From NCBI GenBank assembly GCA_963844715.1, contig CAWJPJ010000006.1, forward strand, positions 1,120,001-1,184,000: a stretch of 64,000 bases of DNA. Direction: 5' to 3'. This document shows positions 56,364 through 64,000 of the stretch, in pieces. Source of the DNA: an uncultured Phycisphaerales bacterium. Its GTDB lineage: Bacteria > Planctomycetota > Phycisphaerae > Tepidisphaerales > Tepidisphaeraceae. The notes under the pieces are model-generated. The model made no database searches, was not told the DNA's origin, and saw only the letters and a program-made list of their open reading frames with translations. Both the position numbers and the translations under genes were made by a program. The first letter of the stretch is position 1. Each line of letters starts with the position of its first letter.

Positions 56364-56416
56364 TTGAGACTGAGTCTCAACAACGGAGAATTTAGCTCCG
56401 GCGCAAATATTGTCAA
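56364..56416 (-). promoter_or_regulatory. Sigma70-type promoter with perfect 8-1-8 operator-like palindrome
   Basis: TTGACA-N16-TAAATT on the minus strand, followed by TTGAGACT-C-AGTCTCAA (56364-56380). Confidence 0.6.
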
Positions 56417-56432
56417 GTGGTATGCGAGAAAC

Positions 56433-58157
56433 TCAGGGTAAGGTTTTCCGCCCTCGGCTGAGATGGATCGCCAGCACCGTCACATCCGCCGGCGTGATCC
56501 CGCTGACGCGCAGCGCCTGCCCCAAGCTCCGCGGCGTAAACTTCGCCAGCTTCTGTTTCGCTTCATTCCGTAATCCGACGACACGCGAATAATCCACCGA
56601 CGACGGAATCAGCTTCTCTTCCATCTGCGCCATGCGTTCGATCTGCCGATCCTGCCGCGCGATGTACCCCTTGTATTTCAAACGGATCGCCAGGAGCTTT
56701 TGCGTCTCGGCGTCGTCTTGCCCGCTTTCCAGCACTCGCGCCGCCGGGAAAATTGCTCCCATCGCGCATCATCCGCCAATCCCAGTTCCCGCCCCAGCGG
56801 CGTCAGTCTTTCATCCGCGTTGTCATTGCGAAGATGCAGCCGATGCTCGGCCCGGCTGGTGAACATCCGGTAGGGCTCCGTCGGCGGCTTGGTTACCAGA
56901 TCGTCAATCAAAACCCCGATGTACGCCTGATCGCGCCGCAAAACAAAATCCGCGGCTTTCCCGCCGGCGAGTCGCGCCGCGTTGATCCCCGCCATGATTC
57001 CCTGCCCCGCCGCCTCCTCGTACCCGCTCGTCCCATTGATCTGCCCGGCTAGAAACAGCCCCGAAATCTTTTTGGTCTGAAGCGCGCTATCGATCTGCGT
57101 GGGCCAGACCATGTCATATTCCACGGCGTAGCCGAAACGCAGAATCTCCGCTCCCTCCAGGCCCGGAATCATCCGCACCATCTTTTCCTGCACATCCGCC
57201 GGGAGTGAGGTGCTGATCCCGTTGCAATAAATCTCCTCCGTATCGAGTCCCTCCGGCTCGAGGAAAATCTGATGCCGATCCTTGTCCGCGAACCGCACGA
57301 CCTTGTCCTCGATGCTCGGACAATATCGCGGCCCCACGCTTTGAATCTGCCCGCTGTACATCGGGGCCCGATGCAGATTGGTGCGGATCAAATCATGAAT
57401 CGCCGCATGCGTCCCACCGATCCAGCAATAGACCTGCTGCAGCGGCGGCGACCACTTTCCCGCATATTCATTCAAATAAGAAAACGGCGACGGCGTCTCA
57501 TCTCCCGCCTGCGGATCGAATTTTGAAAAATCGATGGTCTGCTTCCGCAACCGCGGCGGCGTGCCGGTCTTCAATCTCCCCATCTCGAGTCCCAACTCCG
57601 CCAAACATCCCGACAATCCCTTCGCCGCAGCCTCGCCGACGCGGCCGCCTTCCGTCTTCCTCTCCCCCGTATGCATGAGCCCGCGCAAGAAAGTCCCCGT
57701 CGTCACAATCGCACACCGGCAAGTAAATAGCGTTCCATCCGACAAGAGCACCGCCGTCACTTTCCCGCCCACGGTCTCAATCCGCGCCACTTCTCCCTGA
57801 TGAATCGTCAGATTCGGACATGTAGCCAGCAGCCTCTGCACTTCCTTCGCGTATTTATATTTATCCGCCTGAGCGCGAGGCCCCCACACGGCCGGACCCT
57901 TCGACCGGTTCAACATGCGAAACTGAATCCCCGTATTATCGGTGGCGATTCCCATCAATCCCCCCAGCGCATCCACCTCCCGCACCATCTGCCCCTTGGC
58001 CAATCCCCCAATCGCCGGATTGCACGACATCTGCCCAATCCGGGAAGGATCCATGCTCACGAGAACTGTGCCGCACCCCCATCCGCGAAGCCGCCCACCC
58101 AGCTTCAGCGCCGGCGTGCCCGCCGCCAATCACCACAATGTCAAAATCGTTCGTCAT
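56433..58157 (-). CDS. mnmG: tRNA uridine-5-carboxymethylaminomethyl modification enzyme MnmG (frameshifted)
   Basis: [71 protein letters not shown]. Confidence 0.97.
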
Positions 58158-58163
58158 GTATTT

Positions 58164-58208
58164 CCCCCTCTCCCTGTGTACCCACGGGGAGAGGGCTGGG
58201 GTGAGGGG
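58164..58208. repeat. CCCCTCTCCC/GGGAGAGGG REP-like palindrome directly upstream of mnmG
   Basis: ccccctctccctgtgtacccacggggagagggctggggtgagggg. Confidence 0.8.
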
Positions 58209-58230
58209 CCGCTTTCGAACGTACGAAGTC

Positions 58231-60024
58231 TCACCTCGGCCAAAGCTGAATCACCATCAATCCCGTCTCATCCTTCCAAAGCACACCGCTAGGATCATAA
58301 TCTCCCCCCCGCACAATTTGCACTACATACAACCCCGCCTCGGCGGGCTCCTTGCCCGAAAAAACCCCCATTAAATGCAGCGCCCGAGCCTGCGGATCGC
58401 GAATTGGCTCGGAAATCGGAATCGGCGTCAAAATCGTCCGCCGCCAGGTGAGATAGCTCGTCCACGTCTCCACATTCGCCACGATCGCATCGGCGGGCGT
58501 GTTCCCCTTGATCCACCCGCACGCCGCCACGAAATCCTCCGGCACGTCCGGCATCGTGGCGATGTCGCGCCAGGTACCCAAAACACTCGTCCCCAATCCC
58601 AGCAAAATCACGCACATCACCCCCACTCGAAACCCAAACGCCCGCCGCAAACGCGCCGCCGCGACCCCCGCCGCCGCGGCAAGAAAATAAACCGCATCGG
58701 CCAAAATCGCGACGCCGTGAAAACCGTCGAATTCTTCTCCCCGAAAACCCCCGGCAGCACATAATCGCAAATCACAAACAAAAAAATCAGCGTCCCCGCC
58801 GCCCAGATCATCCGCCCATCCATCTTCCCGCCGCGCCGCAGAGCCAGCAGCGCCAGCCCCACGATCGACGCCAGTGTGAACACATACCCCAGCCGCTCCC
58901 CAGGAATCGCCAGCGGATTCACTGGCTGCTCCCCGTCATAAAACACATGCGTCGAAGTGATCCTCCCCGCATGCGCAAAAAACGGCACCAGAAAAAACCC
59001 ATCCAAAACCCCCGCGATAACCAGCGCCGCCAATAAACTCTTCCACTCCACTCCGCGCCCCCGCAAGATCGACCAGACTAGACAAACCCAAAGCACCAAG
59101 GCGCTACTCACCATCACATGATGATGAACCAGCACCACCCCCGCATAAAGCAGCCCCATCGCCGCCACGCGCCTCACCACCCGCTCTGATCCCCTCTCCC
59201 TGTACTCAGGGGGAGGGCAAGGGAGCGGGTTCCCCCCGTCCTTGGTCATTCGAATCTCGTCATTCCCTCTCCCCCCGATCTCCATCCAAACCGCGAACAT
59301 CGCGATAAAAAACAGCATCCCCAATTCATTAGGCATCCCCCCCCACAGCCGCATATCCAATACTCCCATCAATCGCCCAAAACCCATAAGCGATGGCTGC
59401 GAACAATCCCGCCGCCGCGTCGTCGGTAAATCGGCGGCTCAGGATATAAACCTCCGCCGTCGACAAAACCCCGGTCAGCGGAATCAAATCCTTGAACACG
59501 GTCTGAAGCGGCCGCCCCGACAACCACGACATCACCACCACCAGCACATGGCTCCCGGTCGGATAATCCAGCGCCGCCGATTCAAAAGGCGACCAGTCAT
59601 AAATCGCATGATGCGTCAGGCGAATCTTCTGGGCCAAAATCATGTGAAACGCCGGATCCCACCCGCGCGGAAAGCTCTCCGGCAGCGCAAACGCAAACCG
59701 GATAATCCCAACAAGGATGAGTACCAACACCACCCAAAACTCAACATCGCGATGAGAATGATCCAACCCCGCGCGCCCGCGCCGCGCCTTCAAATAGCCG
59801 ACCAGCACGACGACAAAAAAAATCCCCCAGACAGGAAAAAACCACCGCAAATCAAAATGACTGACCAGAGACCCCAGATAGCAAGCCGCCGCCAGGCCGA
59901 GGACTCCGCCGTGGCTCGCCCTCTCCACCAGAGACTCCCCCAGCCCCAGCCAGCCCGCCAACAACACCCCCGGCAGCATGATGACCAACGCCGCCAATAA
60001 AAAGCAGCCGAGTTCCCAAACCAT
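58231..60024 (-). CDS. Polytopic membrane protein, GT-C glycosyltransferase-like (frameshifted)
   Basis: Many TM helices; GWDPAFH and DYPTGSH motifs; WIKGNTPADAIV C-terminal domain. Confidence 0.65.
59191..59265. repeat. REP-like palindrome plus GTCATTC repeats inside a coding sequence
   Basis: cccctctccctgtactcagggggagggcaagggagcggg and ggtcattcgaatctcgtcattc; read in frame as NDEIRMTKDGGNPLPCPPPEYRERG. Confidence 0.65.
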
Positions 60025-60072
60025 CGATGTCTAAGTGAATGCGAAAGGCAGAACAATTGCAACAAAAAGAGA

Positions 60073-60145
60073 GTCGCCAGTTGCGGGTTGCCTCTTGCCG
60101 GTGAAGAATTTCACCGCCAACGGGCAACTCGCAACTGGCAACTGT
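60073..60145. repeat. Degenerate inverted (GTTGCCA)-type heptamer palindrome
   Basis: gtcgccagttgcgggttgcc...gggcaactcgcaactggcaactg. Confidence 0.7.
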
Positions 60146-60184
60146 TTTCCGCCCCTGCGGCAGCTTCGCTTTTGCAGCGTCCTG

Positions 60185-60448
60185 CTACGCATCCGCCGAA
60201 GCGTCCGCCGAATGCCGAGACATTTCATCCAGCACTCCAGCCAGATGCCCTTGCAGGCTCAGCACCATGTTGACGGCCTCGACGCACAGCCTCAGGCACT
60301 GTCCATCCGTGCCCACCCCCACCGGCGATGTCCCCGCCGGAGCATTCATGCGCGCGATCAGATCATCGAACTTCTTCCCGTACGCCCCCGCGAAGCGTTG
60401 GATCAACTCGACCTCATCTTGAATCCGCTGGTGAAGTTGGGTTGCCAT
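60185..60448 (-). CDS. Small hypothetical helical protein
   Basis: 87-aa ORF with GGAGG upstream, filling the gap between the flanking genes. Confidence 0.55.
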   Translation of the reverse strand: MATQLHQRIQDEVELIQRFAGAYGKKFDDLIARMNAPAGTSPVGVGTDGQCLRLCVEAVNMVLSLQGHLAGVLDEMSRHSADASADA

Positions 60449-60558
60449 GATGCCACTGCCTCCCTTGGAAACCGGCGAGGTATTCCTGTGCCATTTATTA
60501 TCGGAAGCCCCGCGGCAAAAACTTTAAAAGTAGAAGTGCTCCAAAAATTGGGCCCAAG

Positions 60559-61160
60559 ATTTTTAACCGCGGATTTCGCGGATGGGCGCGGATAAATGCG
60601 GCGTATGGCGTTGACCTTCCCTTTGGGCTTCCCCCGTTCAGTGAGGCAACTCACATTTCTTATCCGTGTAATCCGCGTAATCCGTGGTTAGATTCTTCCC
60701 ATGCTTCAAGAGGAGATTACGCAAGATATCATCGGGGCGGCTATGGAGTTGCTGAATAAACTCAAGCCGGGCTTGGACGAGAAGCTTTATGAAAATGCGC
60801 TGGTGATCGAGTTACGGACGCGGCGCCATGTCGTCGAGCAGCAGCGGCAATTTCCTGTTTACTATCGCGAACAACTCATCGGGGTTCTCATTCCAGATCT
60901 CATTGTCGACGGCAAAGTCATCGTAGACGCGAAAGTGGTGACGGCTTTTAATGAAACCCATCTGGCCCAGATGCTCGGTTATCTGAACATTACCCGCCTC
61001 GAGGTCGCGCTCTTGCTCAGTTTCAAGGAATCTAAACTAAGTTGGAAGCGGATCGTGAATTCTCCCAAAACCGATTCAGAAATTGCCCAGATGGAAGGGG
61101 ACAGCCGGTAAGTTCAAAGGAATTTATCCGCGCCCATCCGCGAAATCCGCGGTTAAAAAT
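60559..61160. mobile_element. GxxExxY gene unit bounded by perfect 39-bp inverted repeats
   Basis: ATTTTTAACCGCGGATTTCGCGGATGGGCGCGGATAAAT (60559-60597) is the exact reverse complement of 61122-61160. Confidence 0.7.
60701..61111 (+). CDS. GxxExxY protein (PD-(D/E)XK nuclease fold)
   Basis: IIGAAMELLNKLKPGLDEKLYENAL; PDLIVDGKVIVDAK; AQMLGYL. Confidence 0.95.
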   Translation: MLQEEITQDIIGAAMELLNKLKPGLDEKLYENALVIELRTRRHVVEQQRQFPVYYREQLIGVLIPDLIVDGKVIVDAKVVTAFNETHLAQMLGYLNITRLEVALLLSFKESKLSWKRIVNSPKTDSEIAQMEGDSR

Positions 61161-61174
61161 TAGAGCGGAGAAAG

Positions 61175-61846
61175 CTATCCATTCGGATTAGTCGTCGGCG
61201 ACCCCGCCTGGAAGCTCCACGGATCCTGAAAACCCGGCTTCGCCTGTCCGGGCAAATCCGTCTCCACGTGCATATCCAGATAAAGGTAATTCGATCCCAA
61301 AAACTGCCCGTGCCGGTATTGCTGCACCACCCGGGGGAAATCCCCGTACTCCATGTAATAGTCCGTCACTGTCGTGTTCTTCTCCCCCATCAAAATCACG
61401 CTCGCGTGGCTGATCCCCGGCGGCAGGCCGGTGCTGTATTTGATGTTCCAATACGAAACGTACTCATTCAGCACATAGGAATGCTGCCCCGCCGGCTGGT
61501 CATCCGACGGACAAATCAGCCAGGGCGGATTCCACGAACTCCAAACCCGCGTCGGCCAGGTGGTGTAAACCCACTGGTTTGTCGTCGGATCGAATTTTAC
61601 GTGCTCGCTGTCCCACCCCATCTGCGATGGATAGAGCCATCCATCGTGCTGATCGGCGTAGCTGAGCAGCGACATCCCGATCTGCCTCATATTGCTCTGG
61701 CAGACCACGCAATTCGCCTGCTGCCGGGCCCGGCTTACCGCCGGGAGGAGCAAGCTGATCAGGATCGCCATCACCCCGATGACTACCAGCAGTTCCACCA
61801 GCGTGAAACCGGCCCGCCGCCCGTCTGGAAATCTTCGCTCGACCAT
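61175..61846 (-). CDS. Prepilin-type N-terminal cleavage/methylation protein (DUF1559-like)
   Basis: AG|FTLVELLVVIGVMAILISLLLPAVSRARQQA...CQSNMRQIG; ICPSD; RH...NYLYLDMHV. Confidence 0.92.
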   Translation of the reverse strand: MVERRFPDGRRAGFTLVELLVVIGVMAILISLLLPAVSRARQQANCVVCQSNMRQIGMSLLSYADQHDGWLYPSQMGWDSEHVKFDPTTNQWVYTTWPTRVWSSWNPPWLICPSDDQPAGQHSYVLNEYVSYWNIKYSTGLPPGISHASVILMGEKNTTVTDYYMEYGDFPRVVQQYRHGQFLGSNYLYLDMHVETDLPGQAKPGFQDPWSFQAGSPTTNPNG

Positions 61847-61893
61847 AACGCGCCCCACCTCAAAATCGTCGATTCCGGCCTCTGTACAATATA

Positions 61894-63461
61894 ATGTCCG
61901 CCGGCGTGAATAACACGACAACTTCCAAAATTACCCCCTCCACGGCCAAAAACCCGCACCATTGCATCCCCGCGGCCGCCGGCGCCATTGCCGCCATCGC
62001 CCTCTACGCGATCACATTATTTGCCCCGATCAATATTTACGATGATGCCTTCCTGGTCGCCGGCCTCGACCCCCGCGTGCACAGCCCACGCCTCTGGACA
62101 CAGTTCTGGACCCGCGACTATTTCTATAACGGCATCGACAACCTCTACCGCCCGCTGGCCTCCCAAACCCTGGGCCTGCAATGGCTCCTCACCGGCGACC
62201 GCGCGTGGCCCTTTCACCTGGTCAACATCCTCCTGAACGCCGGCGTCTGCGCCGCCGTCGGAGAACTCGCCCGCCGCATCGCCGGCTGGCGCACCGGGCT
62301 CTTCGCCGCTCTGCTTTTCGCGGTCCATTCGGTCCACGTCGAAGCCGTCGCGGAAATCATCGGGCGAACCGAACTCCTCTGCGCCCTGGGCATTCTCTGC
62401 TCGATCATCCTCTTCGTCCGCGCCCCCCTGACTCTGGCCAGAACCTTCGCCATCGCCGCCCTGGCTCTTCTGGCGATGCTCAGCAAAGAACCCGGAATGC
62501 TCCTGCCGCTGCTTCTCCTGGCGGCGCTGCCGGTTCGAAGACAAATCTCCGGCCCATGGATGAAACAAGAACGCGAGCCTGCCAAATGGCTCACGGTCCT
62601 GCTCGTCTGGTCCGTCAGCGCCTTCATTGTCCTTAGAGAAGAAATACTCCATCTCAAATTCGAATGGGACCGCTTCTCCCTCGACTGGACCATCCAGCCC
62701 CTCATCAAATCCCCCTTCCCCGACCGCTGGCTCATCCCCATCGCGCTGGTCGGACGTTACGCCCGCCTCCTCGTCTGGCCCAGCCGACTTTCCATCGACT
62801 ACGGCGTCGCCATCATCAACCCCACAATTCCGCGCGACAATCCCTATCTCTGGCTGGGCGCCGCCACGCTTCTCTTCTTTTCAATTCTCACGATCGTCTT
62901 ATTGGCAAGAAAAAACTGGCCCGCCCTCCTGTGCGTGCTGGGCGCTGCCATTACTTACCTCATGGCGTCCAATCTCGTCATCATCGGAACCGTGTTTGGC
63001 GAGCGCCTTGTCTATCTCCCCAGCGCGTTCCTCCTGATTCTTCTGGCCATCCCCCTGCGCGCCTCCCCATAAAACTCGCCGCGCCCCTCATGGCCATCCT
63101 TCTCTCCCTCGGCTGTGTCCGCACCTTCACCTACGCCAACGAATGGCGCAACCGCGATTCGTTGTATGCATACAGCCTCGCCAACCAGCCCAGATCGGCG
63201 CGCATAATGCTCCTGGTCGCCGAGATCGACCGCCAGGAAGGCCATCTCGACCAGGCCCGCGCCATCCTCAAAATAGGCCAGCAAATTTTGCCCGATTACT
63301 GGGAATTCTGGATGCACAACGGCAAGGTCGAGGAAGACGCCAAAAATTGGTTCGCCGCCGCCGCTTATTACCAGCGCGCTTTCGATATGCATCCTTCCAA
63401 CGCCCTGGCCAACCGAATCACGTATGTCCAGCGCATGGGGATGTCATCCACCCGCCGCTGA
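61894..63461 (+). CDS. TMTC-like membrane glycosyltransferase with C-terminal TPRs (frameshifted)
   Basis: YDD; LYRPL; FHLVNILL; LFAVHSVHVEAVAEIIGRTELL; LSKE; LSIDY; GERLVYLPS; TPR tail. Confidence 0.85.
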
Positions 63462-64000
63462 TTTCTGAGATTCAATCCGCCCCCCGCGGCGTCTCACCCG
63501 CACGCGCCCGGCGAATTCCGCGCGTGCTGCCCCCGCGGCATCGATCGCCATCTGTCTCAATCTCTCCGCCGCCTCCCGATCCACAAGTTCCGCCGGCGAC
63601 CCGCGCCAACCAGCCACCGCCGCGCCGACTCCCTCCCCAACACGCCGGGCAAGCGCGCCAGCGCCCGGCAATAAAAACGCTCATCCAACTCCGGCGCATT
63701 TTTCCGAACCCACTTCGCATAATTCCCGCACGCCCGGCCAAGTTCCAGAATCGGCTCATGCAGCGCGGGCCGCTCGCCCAAAAATCGGCGCACCCGATTC
63801 CGCAAATATCGATCCGATTGATTGCTCTGGTCCTCGCGCCAACTCTGCCCCACCCCGGCGAGAAATTCCCGCAGCGCCTCCCGCCGCACAGGCAGCAGCG
63901 GCCGAATCATCGTTAATCCGCCGAAACGCGAAACCGCCGACATCCCCGCCACCGCCCCCGCCGACGTCGGCCCCTTTCCCCTCAGCAGCCGCATGAAAAT
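63444..64000 (-). CDS. tilS: tRNA(Ile)-lysidine synthetase TilS (3' part; frameshifted)
   Basis: MRLLRG...GM...IRPLL...WREDQSNQSDRYLRNRVR. Confidence 0.88.

Noticed and set aside
60476..60495. TGGCAC motif upstream of the 87-aa ORF as a sigma54 promoter
   Set aside because: No GC at the -12 position (TGGCACAGGAATACC)
1..64000. tRNA, rRNA, tmRNA, RNase P or SRP RNA genes
   Set aside because: No diagnostic conserved motifs were recognised by eye; a covariance-model search would be needed to exclude them formally

Overview
GC-rich bacterial chromosome segment whose gene set (Planctomycete-style long SecA, DUF1559-like prepilin, N-terminal HTH membrane protein, GxxExxY gene) points to a planctomycete, probably Phycisphaerae (inference). 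Single-base frameshifts split many genes, including essential ones (secA, tilS), so they are most likely long-read assembly errors rather than pseudogenes. Contents: (1) 1-21 kb, minus-strand flagellar basal body/hook/export cluster (TPR protein, FlgN-like, histidine kinase, sigma54 activator, flgBC-fliEFGHIJ-ylxF-fliK-flgDE-flbD-fliLNOPQR); (2) an OmpA-domain lipoprotein, a repeat-rich non-coding gap, a metallophosphoesterase, rsfS and secA; (3) a lone AAA-wHTH ATPase behind a perfect palindrome, an oxidoreductase and a membrane protein; (4) a Tad/Flp pilus locus with five Flp pilins, interrupted by an MFS gene and a 279-bp palindromic element; (5) floA, an OprB-propeller-Dyp peroxidase cassette with an operator-like palindrome, mnmG, two GT-C-like membrane proteins, an inverted-repeat-flanked GxxExxY gene and partial tilS. 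The most interesting candidates are an unannotated signal-peptide uORF ending in RLPPP directly upstream of secA, whose LPPP codons are complementary to the secA Shine-Dalgarno (SecM-like monitor), the GxxExxY/inverted-repeat mobile unit, and the leaderless, palindrome-controlled ATPase.
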